The notes beneath the pieces are model-generated. The model was given only the letters and a program-made list of their open reading frames with translations, was not told the DNA's origin and did not search any database. Below are positions 8,564-18,355 of a DNA stretch of 64,000 nt, in pieces. The position numbers and the translations under genes were made by a program. The stretch's first letter is position 1, and each line of letters starts with the position of its first letter. The stretch is from Candidatus Eiseniibacteriota bacterium (GTDB lineage Bacteria > Eisenbacteria > RBG-16-71-46), in NCBI GenBank assembly GCA_031370785.1, contig JANMQY010000016.1, positions 69,711 to 133,710 of the forward strand, given 5' to 3'.

Positions 8564-10237
8564 CTAGAATGTCTTGTCGAAGATCCACAGCGCTTCGCTT
8601 CCGTCCGGTCGATGGATGATCGAGTCCGGTCTGGCCAGCCCCAGCTCATTCGGGCGCACGATGAAGACTCCGCGGTCGTCGCGCCCGTTGTTCTCGAGCG
8701 CTTCGACTCGGGGCCGGCACAGATCGGCATAGAGGAAGTGCATCTTCCCGTAGCGCACGACCAGGTCCCAGCCATCAACGGATCGTTGGATATCGCGTGG
8801 CTCCCGGAACCAGCGCCTCGGATCCCACCCGAGCTCGACCAGCGAGGTCGCGAACGGCTCGTTCAGCTCGCGGGTGGTGATGAAGACCGCATCGATGCGG
8901 TCGAGCCGCGGCTTCAGCCACTTGCAGGCCTCGATCAGATCGACCTGGTATTCGCTCCAGATCTGCGGCCGCCTGTTCCACTCACCGTAGAACCTGGGCA
9001 GATAGCGGAGGTTGATCGCGAAGAACACGAGCGCGAATGCCACGCCGGCACCGCGTGCCACCGCCGGCCCGCGCGCGTAAGCCCATGCCCATGCGCGCAT
9101 CGCGCCGTAAGCCGCGAGCAGGACCAGCGCGCCGATCCCGGGCGAGCTGCGCAGCGCGTGCGCTCCTTCGTAGCGCGCGATCAGATCGCCTGCCGGGTAC
9201 GCCGCGACCAGCGCCAGCACGGTACGCGCCGCGAGGTCGTGAGGGGCAGCCCGCACGGCAGCGACGAGCCCGACGATCAACAACGGCAGCACGTACCAGT
9301 GCAGCATGCCCTGATCTGGCGGCGACATGATGGGGAACACGTCGCCGCGCATGAACAGGAAGCGGGGATCGAAGTGCACGAGCCAGCGTGCCACGATCTT
9401 CACGACGATTTCGCCGAGCGGTGCGCCTCTTTCCCACAGGCGCGTCATCTCGGCGCGACGTGCGGTTCCGGGGTCGGTCAGGTGGCGAAGCGCGAGCGGC
9501 CCGAAGGTGAGCGCGAGACCCGCCGCGAACGCGGCCGCCGCACGCACTCCGGCCGGGGCGCGCAGCACCTCGCGCCAGCGCGACCACGAGGCGAGCACCA
9601 TCAGCATCAGCGCGGCCGGCAGAAAGAGGCGAATCGGCCAGTAGCCGTAGCATGCGATTCCGACCGCCGCGCCTCCGAGCGCGGCGCGCCACGCGCGTGG
9701 CCGGGAGTTCGCGCCGGCCGGCGGAAGGCCGGCCCACAGCAGTGCGGCGGGCGCGAGCAGCCCGAGGAGCGGGCACAGGCTGCCATCGAAGCCTCCCCAG
9801 CGAGAGACCAGCAGCGCCCAGGGGTCGAACGCCATCAGGAGCCCGGCGAGGAGGCCTGCCCACCGCCCAAACAGGCGAGCCCCGACGAAGTAGACCAGGG
9901 GCACGCACAGAATCCCTGCGAACACCCCGGGCAGTCGCGTGGTCCACACATTGAGCCCGCCCAGCGCCTGAAATGGGAGCATGGCGTAGAAGAGCAGGGT
10001 GGTGCGGTTGTCGCCGATGGCGTGCGCGTAGAAGATCGGCCAGCGCGCACCCACCATGTCGTGCCCGGTGCGCAGCATGCAGAACGCGTTCCACGCGTTG
10101 ATCGCTTCGTCCTGATTGAGCCCGGGCGGTGAGCTTCCGAAGTGGAACAGGCGCAGAAAGGCGGCGACCAGCGTGATCGCCGCCAGCGCGAAACCGGTCA
10201 CGCGTGCCGAGGGCCCGGGTGCGGGGCCCGGCTTCAT
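8564..10237 (-). CDS. GT-C fold (ArnT/PMT-like, family 39/83) membrane glycosyltransferase
   Basis: First TM followed by PPGLNQDEA; many TM helices; ATG overlaps the osmC stop. Confidence 0.8.
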   Translation of the reverse strand: MKPGPAPGPSARVTGFALAAITLVAAFLRLFHFGSSPPGLNQDEAINAWNAFCMLRTGHDMVGARWPIFYAHAIGDNRTTLLFYAMLPFQALGGLNVWTTRLPGVFAGILCVPLVYFVGARLFGRWAGLLAGLLMAFDPWALLVSRWGGFDGSLCPLLGLLAPAALLWAGLPPAGANSRPRAWRAALGGAAVGIACYGYWPIRLFLPAALMLMVLASWSRWREVLRAPAGVRAAAAFAAGLALTFGPLALRHLTDPGTARRAEMTRLWERGAPLGEIVVKIVARWLVHFDPRFLFMRGDVFPIMSPPDQGMLHWYVLPLLIVGLVAAVRAAPHDLAARTVLALVAAYPAGDLIARYEGAHALRSSPGIGALVLLAAYGAMRAWAWAYARGPAVARGAGVAFALVFFAINLRYLPRFYGEWNRRPQIWSEYQVDLIEACKWLKPRLDRIDAVFITTRELNEPFATSLVELGWDPRRWFREPRDIQRSVDGWDLVVRYGKMHFLYADLCRPRVEALENNGRDDRGVFIVRPNELGLARPDSIIHRPDGSEALWIFDKTF

Positions 10238-10662
10238 TGCTTGAGAGTGGCCTTCAGCGTGATCGGGGTCGCGGCCAGCGCCTTCGAGATCGGGCATCCC
10301 TTCTTCGCGCCTTCGGCTTCCGCGGCGAATTTCGCCTCATCGATTCCCGGCACTTCGGCGTCGGTCACGAGCTCGATGCGTGTGATGCCGAACCCCTCGC
10401 CCACCTTTTCCAGGTGCACGTTCGCGACCGTGTGCACGCGCTTCGGGGTGAAACCGGCCTTGGTCAGCCCGGCCGAGAGCGCCATCGAGAAGCACGCAGC
10501 GTGCGCCGCGCCGATCAGCTCCTCGGGATTCGTGCCCTTTCCATCTTCGAAGCGCGACGCGAACGAGTACGGTCCCTCGTAGCCGCCGCGGCCCAGCTTC
10601 ACCTTCCCCTGCCCCTCGCGCAGGTTGCCCTTCCACTCCGCTTCCGACTGACGTACCGACAT
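10234..10662 (-). CDS. osmC: OsmC family peroxiredoxin
   Basis: GTNPEELIGAAHAACFSMAL and CPISKAL; RBS AAGGAGG. Confidence 0.95.
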   Translation of the reverse strand: MSVRQSEAEWKGNLREGQGKVKLGRGGYEGPYSFASRFEDGKGTNPEELIGAAHAACFSMALSAGLTKAGFTPKRVHTVANVHLEKVGEGFGITRIELVTDAEVPGIDEAKFAAEAEGAKKGCPISKALAATPITLKATLKQ

Positions 10663-10926
10663 TGTGTTTCCTCCTTTTCGAATTGGAGCGCGATCAGCGC
10701 GCGGCGATGACCATGAAGGAGGTCCTGCTCCGGTTCGAGTGAGGTTCAGCCGGGACCCAGGGCCGGTCCGCGAAGCTAGCCGACGGCCACCGCGCGGCAC
10801 AAGCGCTCTGCCGCGATCCGGCAGGCAGATCGCACAGCTCGCGGCCCTTCCGCCCGGTCGGGAGGCTTGCTAAGGTCCCGCGCACCCGCCCACCGCCACA
10901 CCGAGCGCCACCTTTAAGAGAAGCAC

Positions 10927-12735
10927 GTGACTCCATCTCAAGAGCCGCTCATTCCGGATTCACAGGCCGATCTCGAGCGCCGAATCGCGCGCCTTTCGCA
11001 GCTGCTCGAGGTGGCGCGCGCCCTGATCGGAGCGCCGGATGCGCGCGCCGCCGCCGCGCGGCTGTGTTACTCAGCGATGGGCGTGCTCGGTGCGCGCTCG
11101 GCGACGCTGTTCGCGGCCGAGGGGCACGGGCGCTACGTCGTCAGGCATTCGAGCCTCGCAGACGTCTCGCCCGGGGAGACGATCCGGCTCGGTGAGAGCG
11201 CTCGCCAATGGATGCTGCGCGAGGGCGCCTTCGCCGTGAGCGGCCCGGCGGCGCTGCGTGGACTGGGCGACACTCGCGAGCGTCTCGCCCGGCGCGACGC
11301 GGCGCTCGGCATGGCGGTCGCGGATGGCGAAGGGCTGCTCGCACTGCTGGTGCTGGGGCCTCGCGTGGTCGGCGAGGGATATGGGGCCGAGGACGTGGCC
11401 CAGCTCGAGGCGCTGGCCACACTCGCCGCTCCCGCACTCGCGGTGCGCGAACGCGAGGCGCGAGCCGCGACCCGTTCTCGGACCGAGCCGCCGGCCGGCG
11501 CGAAAGGCGCCGCCGGGCTCGAAGCGTTGCGCCGTCGCCATCCCGCGCTGCGCGCGCTGGTCGGCGCGAGCGAGCCGATTCGCGAGGCTTCGCACGATCT
11601 GGTCGCCGCGGCCGATCTGCGCTTTCCGGTGCTGATCACCGGCGAGTCGGGCGCCGGCAAGGAGGTGGCGGCCCGCACACTGCACGCGCTCTCCCGGCGT
11701 GCGGCGGGCCCGTTCGAAGTGGTCGACTGCGGGTCGATCCCGGCCGAGCTGATCGAGAGCGAGCTGTTCGGGCACGTGCGCGGGGCGTTCACTGGCGCCC
11801 ACCGCGATCGGCGCGGCGCGTTCGAGATCGCACACCGCGGCACGCTGTTCCTGGATGAGATCGGGGACATGCCGCTCCAGCTCCAGACCCGGCTGCTCCG
11901 CGTGCTGCAGGAGGGGCACATCCGCCGCGTCGGAGACGAGGATCGTATCGAGGTGGACGTGCGCGTGGTGGCGGCCACGCATCGCGATCTGATCGCCGCG
12001 GTCGCCGCTCAGCGTTTCCGCGAGGACCTCTACTACCGGCTCAACGTGTTCAACATCCATCTGCCGCCGCTGCGCGAGCGGCCGGGCGATCTTGCGCTGC
12101 TGATCGAGCACTTTCTCGCTCGCGGGGCGCACGAGCTGGGCGCGAGCGGATGGACGATGGACCGCGACGTGATGGATGCCCTCGAGACCCACGAGTTTCC
12201 GGGCAATCTGCGCGAGCTCTCGAACCTGTGCGCGGCCCTGACGGCGCGCGTGCGCGGCGGCGGGCACATCACGCTCGATCACCTGGAGCAGGTGTGGCGA
12301 CGCCAGCGCGGCGGCGAGCCTCCGTGGCGCGACACGACGCACGCGGCGGCGGGCGGGCTTGGGGGCTGGGTGCTCGCTCAGCTGCGGGCGACGCGCTTCA
12401 ATCTGATCGCGGCCGAGCGCGAGCTGCGCCGCAAGCGCAAGGGTGGCAGGGCCACTCCCCTCGGCGAGCGCTCGGCGCTGGCCTACTACCTGAACGGAGA
12501 GATCCTGCGCGCGCTGGTCGAGGCGGGCGGAGATCGTGAAGTCGCGGCGCGCGCTCTGGCCGGAGACACGGATCTGGCGGAGCGTGTCGCGCCGAGGGTG
12601 GACAAGGTGTGCGAAGCGCTGCGCGCCGCCGGGTCGAACCGCGACCGCCTCGAGAAGACCTTCGCCAAGCTCCCGGCCGACTACACGAGCCTGCTCGAGC
12701 CGGCGGCGCGCTGCGTCGGGCGCCAGACGAGCTGA
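10927..12735 (+). CDS. sigma54-dependent enhancer-binding activator with a GAF-like N-terminal domain
   Basis: [52 protein letters not shown]-like [19 protein letters not shown]. Confidence 0.93.
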   Translation: MTPSQEPLIPDSQADLERRIARLSQLLEVARALIGAPDARAAAARLCYSAMGVLGARSATLFAAEGHGRYVVRHSSLADVSPGETIRLGESARQWMLREGAFAVSGPAALRGLGDTRERLARRDAALGMAVADGEGLLALLVLGPRVVGEGYGAEDVAQLEALATLAAPALAVREREARAATRSRTEPPAGAKGAAGLEALRRRHPALRALVGASEPIREASHDLVAAADLRFPVLITGESGAGKEVAARTLHALSRRAAGPFEVVDCGSIPAELIESELFGHVRGAFTGAHRDRRGAFEIAHRGTLFLDEIGDMPLQLQTRLLRVLQEGHIRRVGDEDRIEVDVRVVAATHRDLIAAVAAQRFREDLYYRLNVFNIHLPPLRERPGDLALLIEHFLARGAHELGASGWTMDRDVMDALETHEFPGNLRELSNLCAALTARVRGGGHITLDHLEQVWRRQRGGEPPWRDTTHAAAGGLGGWVLAQLRATRFNLIAAERELRRKRKGGRATPLGERSALAYYLNGEILRALVEAGGDREVAARALAGDTDLAERVAPRVDKVCEALRAAGSNRDRLEKTFAKLPADYTSLLEPAARCVGRQTS

Positions 12736-12934
12736 CGAAAACGCGGAGCCCCGGCCAGCGTGCCCGGGGCTCCGTGCGTGCGGCCAGAAGGTGTGGCAGC
12801 GAGCGAAGCCCACCCTTTCATGTGCACGCGATTCGATTCTCGACGCGAGTGGCGCTGCAGGTGTGGCGGTCGCGGCGCTCGCAGCGCCGTAACCGTGCCC
12901 GATCCACCCCCACAGCGCCTCTCGCGCCGCTGGA
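12736..12934 (-). ncRNA. Putative sigma54-dependent structured small RNA (~200 nt)
   Basis: Lies between a minus-strand -24/-12 motif (12945-12960) and a hairpin whose U-tract is on the minus strand; internal hairpins; no RBS-supported ORF. Confidence 0.5.
12738..12774 (-). terminator. Intrinsic terminator (possibly bidirectional)
   Basis: 11-bp stem CGGAGCCCCGG/CCGGGGCTCCG followed on the minus strand by CGTTTT. Confidence 0.7.
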
Positions 12935-12944
12935 TCCGAAGAAC

Positions 12945-12960
12945 AGCAAGCGGCGGGCCA
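12945..12960 (-). promoter_or_regulatory. sigma54 (-24/-12) promoter
   Basis: TGGCCCGCCGCTTGCT, one mismatch to TGGCACG-N4-TTGCW. Confidence 0.7.
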
Positions 12961-13032
12961 CTCGCCGTTCCGCGCGAAACCCGCATGAATCGTGGGTCTG
13001 CGCGCTTCGAAGCCAGGAACCGACTGCTGAAT

Positions 13033-13051
13033 TTCCGCATTCGATGCGGAA
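13033..13051. promoter_or_regulatory. Palindromic candidate upstream activator site
   Basis: TTCCGCAT-TCG-ATGCGGAA perfect 8-bp inverted repeat, about 100 bp upstream of the predicted sigma54 start. Confidence 0.5.
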
Positions 13052-13094
13052 TCTCCTGTGGAGCCAAGCTCCCTCTGCTAGTGTTTCGCGCCTG

Positions 13095-14471
13095 ATGATC
13101 CTCTCGAGCCTGCTGGTCGTTGCTCTGGCTGCCGCCGCTCCGGCATCGCGCCCCGCCACGCACCCCGCGCCTTCTCGGGCGGCTGCAGTGCCGATGGTGG
13201 TGCCGTTCATCCAGGACGATTACGCGAGAGCGCTGGCCGATGCGCGCGCGCGCGGCGTCCCCCTGTTCATCGAGGCCTGGGCGCCCTGGTGACACACCTG
13301 TCGCTCGATGAGAGCTTTCGTCTTCACCGACAGGGCGCTCGCCGGGCAAGCCGGGCGGTTCGCCTGGCTGGAGATGGACACCGAGAAGGCGAAGAACGCG
13401 GCGCTCCGCAAGAAGTTCCCGGTCGAAGCGCTGCCCACGTTCTTCATCGTCGATCCGGTGGATGAGAAGGTCGCTCTGCGCTGGGTAGGCGGCGCGACCG
13501 GCCAACAGATGCTGAAGATCCTCGCCGACGGCCGTGCCGCGGTCGCACGCGCGCATGGCCCCGGGCCGCTCGCGGCCGGCCCGTTGCCCGCGGCGGATCG
13601 GGCGTTCTTCGAAGCCGAGCGCGCCTATGGCGAAGCCGACTACGCGAGGGCGGCCCCGGCCTATCGCGCCGCGCTCGCTGCCGCGCCGCCGGGGTGGGAA
13701 CACCGAGGGCGCGCGGTCGAATCCCTGCTCTACTCGCTCGGCCAGCTTGACAGCACTGCGGCGGTGGCCTCCCTCGCGCGCGACGAATACCCCAGGTTGC
13801 GCCACACCTCTTCCGCCGCCAACGTCGCCGTGAGCGGGCTCGATGCCGCGCTCTCGCTGCCGGCCGATCACCCGGAGCGCGCCCGGCTGGTCGCGACACT
13901 CGAAGCCGATGCGCGCGAGGTGGTGAGCGATCGCACCGCGCCGCTCGCCGCGGACGACCGGTCGTCCGTCTACGGCAGCCTGATCGATGCGCGCGAGGAT
14001 GCACACGATTCGACCGGAGCGCTGGCGATGAAGCGCGAGTGGTCCGCGTTCCTGGACCGCGAAGCCGCGCGAGCAAAGACCCCGGACGCGCGTGCGGTCT
14101 ACGACTCGCACCGCCTCTCCGCCTATCTCGCGCTCGGCGAGCCCGAGCGCGCGGTGCCCATGCTCGAGGCCTCCGAGAAGGCGATGCCCAACGACTACAA
14201 CCCGCCGGCGCGCCTCGCGATCGCGTACAAGGCGATGAAGCGCTGGGACGATGCGCTCGCCGCCTCGGACCGCGCGATGGCAAAGGCTTATGGGCCGCGC
14301 AAGCTCGGTTTCTACCAGATGCGCGCCGATATCTACGTGGGTCTCCGCGACACCACCGCGGCGAGGCGCACGCTGGAAGAGGCGATCGCGATGGCCGACT
14401 CGCTTCCGGCCGGGCAGCGCTCGGAGCGCACCATCGCCGCGCTCAGAAAGAAGCTCGAAGGGCTGAAGTAA
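13095..14471 (+). CDS. Probable selenoprotein: exported thioredoxin-fold (UxxC) plus TPR-like protein, 458 aa with TGA 13290-13292 read as Sec
   Basis: ORFs 12609..13292 and 13308..14471 are in the same frame; the junction reads EAWAPW-TGA-HTCRSM; cis-Pro motif ALPTFF; signal peptide from ATG 13095. Confidence 0.85.
13297..13334 (+). promoter_or_regulatory. SECIS-like stem-loop immediately 3' of the in-frame TGA
   Basis: CCTGTCG (13297-13303) pairs with CGACAGG (13328-13334) and encloses an imperfect upper stem TGAGAGC-TTTC-GTCTTCA. Confidence 0.6.
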
Positions 14472-14476
14472 GCGAG

Positions 14477-14518
14477 CGGTGCTCCGCGCACGCGGCTGTG
14501 CTACCGGCCGGAGCACCG
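14477..14518. terminator. Inverted repeat between convergent genes
   Basis: CGGTGCTCCG ... CGGAGCACCG, 10-bp arms with a large loop. Confidence 0.35.
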
Positions 14519-14538
14519 GCCCTCGGCGCGGTGTGAGC

Positions 14539-14904
14539 TCAGCCTTTTGCGCGCTGGACCGTGTCCGGGGAGAACGCGGGCATGCACACCGCGACGTATT
14601 CCGCCCCGTCCGCTTCGGGCGTGCTGTACCTCACCCACTCGCCCGCCTTCGCGATCACCGCTTCGCCCTCGCGCACGTCGATCTCGCCGCCCACGTGGGT
14701 CACGCGCAGCATGCCGCGCAGCACCACCGTATATTCGTCGAACCGGGGCGTCTGCGCCGGCTCGATCCAGCCAGCCGGACTCTTCATGCGCGCGATGCTC
14801 AGCGCCTCGGTGCCCGAGTTCACGCGACCCACGAATTCTTCGATCTGTTTAGGTCTGTTGCCGGCGGACGTGATCCGGCTGGGGCGAAGGATGTGAACCG
14901 GCAC
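14539..14904 (-). CDS. Cupin (EutQ-like) protein
   Basis: QTPRFDEYTVVLRG...GEWVRYSTP...PAFSP. Confidence 0.8.
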   Translation of the reverse strand: MPVHILRPSRITSAGNRPKQIEEFVGRVNSGTEALSIARMKSPAGWIEPAQTPRFDEYTVVLRGMLRVTHVGGEIDVREGEAVIAKAGEWVRYSTPEADGAEYVAVCMPAFSPDTVQRAKG

Positions 14905-14907
14905 GGG

Positions 14908-16686
14908 CTACGGCTGGAGATGGAGCAGGCGGGTCGCAACCAGGATCGGGATGATCACCGCGACGATCGCCTCGCCGGCGATGAAGCCCGAGGCCAGCGG
15001 CGTGACGTGGCGCTCGTAGTTCGCCTTCGCGGCCGCGCGCCAGATCTCGGCGAGCGCGCCGCCCACGAACATGGTGACGATCGCGCTGCCCGGCACCAGC
15101 ATGCCGATGCCGATGCCGGTCGGCGACGGCACCCACTTCTTGAACCGGGTTTCCTCGAGCACGGTGAGCCCGATCCCGATCAGCGATCCGATGATCAGCG
15201 CCGCGATCGCGCCCTTCGGAAGAGCGCTCACGCCCTGTGACAGAATCATCGCGAACCCGACGAAGCGCTGCGAGATCGGCGACTGAAGTCCGTGCTCACC
15301 GCCAATCTTGTACGTGTCGCGCAGCAACGGGTAGACGTAGGACACCGCCAGCGCGCCGACCGGCACCGCCATCAACTGGGCGTAAGTCAGGAAGCGCGGC
15401 GTGCTGCCGATCATATAGCCGGTCTTGTAGTCCTGCATCAGCCCCTCGGACTGGGTCGCGATCGAGCCGGTGACACCGGTCGACACCAGGTTGGGGCCGA
15501 TCGCGCCGGGCGCGATCACGCCGAAAATGCCCTGCATCATGTTCGAGAGCGTGCTGATCGGGCCCCAGTTGGTTTCCCCGAGCACGCGGATGCCGACCAG
15601 CATCAGCGGGATCGAGAAGACGATCGCCGCGATGGTGAGCCAGACCGGCATCCCGAGCGTCAGCTTCTGGACGATCACCAGCGCGATCGCGCTCGCGATC
15701 GAACCCCAGATCACCCACTTGAGCGGGAAATCACCGGTGCTGATCTTCGCACCCGCCAGGTTCTGGAAGGTCGCCACCAGCGATCTCCAGCGCAGCGCCA
15801 TCGCAGTCAGCCCTCCGGCCACCAGTATTCCGACCGCGGGCCACATGATCCAGAACAGCATCTCGCGTCGCACCATGTGCCCGACCCATCCCTGATGCAG
15901 CAGCAGCGGCGGCGCGATGACCCACGCCGCGATCGTGCCGATCAGCATGCTGGTGTTGATGCGCATGCCGACCAGCATCCCCGAGCCGATGTTGAGCAGG
16001 CTCCAGCTGAGCCCGACGTTCATGATCGCGCCGGTGGCGCCGAGCTTCAGCATCTCCGGCACGCGGAAGAACACCTCGCCCAGCACCCGGGTGTCCTCGC
16101 GGATGACCATGAGAATCCCGGAAAACACCCCGCCGAGCGCGAGCGAGCGCGCCGCGCCGCGCGATTCGCTGCCCCGCGAGTCGAGCACGATCAGGGTTTC
16201 CCCGGCCGCGACGCCGTCGGCGAACGTGAGCTTCTCGTCCACCACGAAGTGCTGGCGCATCGGGACCGAGAGCAGCACCCCGAGGAATCCCGCCGCGGTC
16301 AGCCACAGGAAGGCCGTGAAGGGCGGCAGCGTCTGAGTGAAATGCGCGCTCGGTTCCGCGCGCAGAAGATCGAAGGCGGCCATGATCACGCAAAGGAACG
16401 CGGTCTGCCCCGCCGCCGTACCGGCGGTCTGGACGATGTTGTTCTCCCAGCGATTGAAGGTCTTCGAGAACAGTCCGAGCGCGAGGTAGCCGAAGAACGC
16501 CGAGACCACCGAGATGTTCGGGCCGAACCCGAGCTTGAGGACGATGTACGGGTAGGAGGCGCCGATCACCGCGGCGACCAGCATCGCGGTGATCACGGCG
16601 CGCGGCGTGAACTCGCGCACGCCTTCGGGCTTCAAAGGATATGCGTGAGGATCCGGCACGGGCGCGGCCTGCTGCGGAATCGCCAT
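14908..16686 (-). CDS. OPT family oligopeptide transporter
   Basis: REFTPRA, ENNIVQTA, MQDYKTGY, ASGFIAGE; many TM helices. Confidence 0.9.
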   Translation of the reverse strand: MAIPQQAAPVPDPHAYPLKPEGVREFTPRAVITAMLVAAVIGASYPYIVLKLGFGPNISVVSAFFGYLALGLFSKTFNRWENNIVQTAGTAAGQTAFLCVIMAAFDLLRAEPSAHFTQTLPPFTAFLWLTAAGFLGVLLSVPMRQHFVVDEKLTFADGVAAGETLIVLDSRGSESRGAARSLALGGVFSGILMVIREDTRVLGEVFFRVPEMLKLGATGAIMNVGLSWSLLNIGSGMLVGMRINTSMLIGTIAAWVIAPPLLLHQGWVGHMVRREMLFWIMWPAVGILVAGGLTAMALRWRSLVATFQNLAGAKISTGDFPLKWVIWGSIASAIALVIVQKLTLGMPVWLTIAAIVFSIPLMLVGIRVLGETNWGPISTLSNMMQGIFGVIAPGAIGPNLVSTGVTGSIATQSEGLMQDYKTGYMIGSTPRFLTYAQLMAVPVGALAVSYVYPLLRDTYKIGGEHGLQSPISQRFVGFAMILSQGVSALPKGAIAALIIGSLIGIGLTVLEETRFKKWVPSPTGIGIGMLVPGSAIVTMFVGGALAEIWRAAAKANYERHVTPLASGFIAGEAIVAVIIPILVATRLLHLQP

Positions 16687-16830
16687 GGTCGCGCAGACTA
16701 GCAGCAACCCATGGCCGGATGCAGCCTGGAATTCAGGCGGTCGCGGTCGTGGTGAAATCCGATACAGTCCAATTCGAGCAGGTGATCGGAGCCACGCGCG
16801 GGCGCGCCCGCATCCTCCGGAGGAATGGCT

Positions 16831-17079
16831 ATGGCCGAAGCGCCAAAGTTCTACAAGAATCCAGCGATCGCGACAGTGTTGTCATTCTTCTTCATGGGTC
16901 TCGGACAAATCTACAATGGGCAGATCGGCAAGGGTGTTCTGTTCGTAGTTCTCTACGGCGTATCCCTAGCTCTGACGTGGATCATCATCGGATTCATCAC
17001 GACGCCGATCCTGTGGATCTGGGGGATGGTAGACGCGAACAACTCGGCGAAACGAATCAACCAGGAACTCGCACGCTAA
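16831..17079 (+). CDS. Small TM2-like membrane protein
   Basis: KNPAIATVLSFFFMGLGQIYNGQIGKG; RBS GGAGG 7 nt before ATG 16831. Confidence 0.75.
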   Translation: MAEAPKFYKNPAIATVLSFFFMGLGQIYNGQIGKGVLFVVLYGVSLALTWIIIGFITTPILWIWGMVDANNSAKRINQELAR

Positions 17080-17097
17080 TCTGGCCAGAGCCTCGGC

Positions 17098-17811
17098 CTA
17101 GTGCAGCCCCGCCACGTGCGTGTCGAGCGAGCCCCAGATCTGCTTCAGCCGCTGGTCGCGCCCGCATCCCAGCCGGTAAGTCTGATAGCGCACGGGATCC
17201 TTGCGCCAGAAGTCCTGGTGGTACTCCTCGGCCGGATAGAACGTGGTGGCGGCGACGATCTGGGTGACGATCGGCTTCCTGAAGCGCCCCGAAGCCTCGA
17301 TCTTCTTCCTCGACTCCTCGGCGAGACGGTGCTGCTTCTCGTCGCGATAGAAGATCGCGGAGCGGTACTGATTCCCGTGATCGCAGAACTGCCCGTCGGC
17401 CTGGGTGGGATCCACGTTGTGCCAGAAGATCTCGAGCAGGCGTTCGTACGAGATCTTCTTAGGGTCGTAGACGATGTTGACCGATTCGGCGTGTCCGGTG
17501 ACTCCCGAGCTCACCTCTTCGTACGTCGGATTCAGCTTCTGCCCGCCGGTGTATCCGGAGGTCACCGAGAGCACTCCGTCACGCTGCTCGAAGGCAGTCT
17601 CCTCGCACCAGAAGCACCCACCCGCGAATGTGGCCTCGGCGAGTCCCGCGCCAGGCGCGGAGGTGGTCTCGCCCGGAGCGCCGGCGCGGGACGCGGCAGC
17701 AGCGGATGCGCTGGACTTGCCCTTCGCGCCGTCGGCGGCGCAGGAGGTCGTGAGAATCGCAGCGCCCAGCAGGGCGGCGAGTGCGAGCGTCGTCGATCGG
17801 ATCGACTTCAT
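17098..17811 (-). CDS. msrA: Peptide-methionine (S)-S-oxide reductase MsrA with an export/lipoprotein signal
   Basis: FAGGCFWC, SGYTGG, GHAESV, AEEYHQD; N-terminal MKSIR-hydrophobic-LTTSC. Confidence 0.93.
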   Translation of the reverse strand: MKSIRSTTLALAALLGAAILTTSCAADGAKGKSSASAAAASRAGAPGETTSAPGAGLAEATFAGGCFWCEETAFEQRDGVLSVTSGYTGGQKLNPTYEEVSSGVTGHAESVNIVYDPKKISYERLLEIFWHNVDPTQADGQFCDHGNQYRSAIFYRDEKQHRLAEESRKKIEASGRFRKPIVTQIVAATTFYPAEEYHQDFWRKDPVRYQTYRLGCGRDQRLKQIWGSLDTHVAGLH

Positions 17812-18016
17812 CGGGTCTCCCGGATGGGCAACTCGCTCTGGAGCGAGTTGCAGGTCGGCCGCCTGAACTTGAAGGCAGGTCGGACGCGAAGGCGGATTGC
17901 GATCATCGCCATACCTTACTGAAGAAACCGCCCCGGCGTGACCGGGAACCGTATCCTCCTTCAGGCGCCCGGCGACCCGGCCGAACACCCTTGCGGACAA
18001 TCCCGGAGGAATGCCC

Positions 18017-18232
18017 ATGAATACGAGACTCTGGCTGCTGGCCGCGGCACTGGTCGCGCTGGCCGGCTGTTCGAGCGGCAGCGACCGACCCGCCTCGACG
18101 CTCACCGAGCATCAGCGCGACAGCGTGCTCGCGAAATCCATACTGCCGGGCGCCGCCGTCGTCGGCCGCGCGCTCTCCGAGTCCGAGCGCGCGTCGACTT
18201 CGTCCGCGAGCATGGATTCGCTCTCGCGCTAG
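18017..18232 (+). CDS. Small lipoprotein
   Basis: MNTRLWLLAAALVALAGC with LAGC lipobox; RBS GGAGG. Confidence 0.75.
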   Translation: MNTRLWLLAAALVALAGCSSGSDRPASTLTEHQRDSVLAKSILPGAAVVGRALSESERASTSSASMDSLSR

Positions 18233-18240
18233 AATCGAAA

Positions 18241-18266
18241 TCGCCCGGCGGTGCTTTGCCGGGCGA
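18241..18266 (-). terminator. Terminator hairpin downstream of the atp operon (likely bidirectional)
   Basis: TCGCCCGGC-N8-GCCGGGCGA followed by TTT on the minus strand. Confidence 0.6.
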
Positions 18267-18355
18267 CTGATCGCTGTATCCCCCTCGCGAGCGCGAGAAG
18301 TCGTAAGGCGTGCGTCCTGCGCACACCGCTGTTCCTTGCGGTGCTCCGCGCGGTC

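Noticed and set aside
10840..10875. Possible sigma54 promoter upstream of the activator gene (CGGTCGGGAGGCTTGCT)
   Set aside because: GG-to-GC spacing is 11 rather than the required 10
13290..13292. Treating the thioredoxin-TPR locus as a pseudogene or two genes
   Set aside because: The only interruption is a TGA at the catalytic Cys position followed by a hairpin; recoding is more parsimonious, though unproven without sel genes
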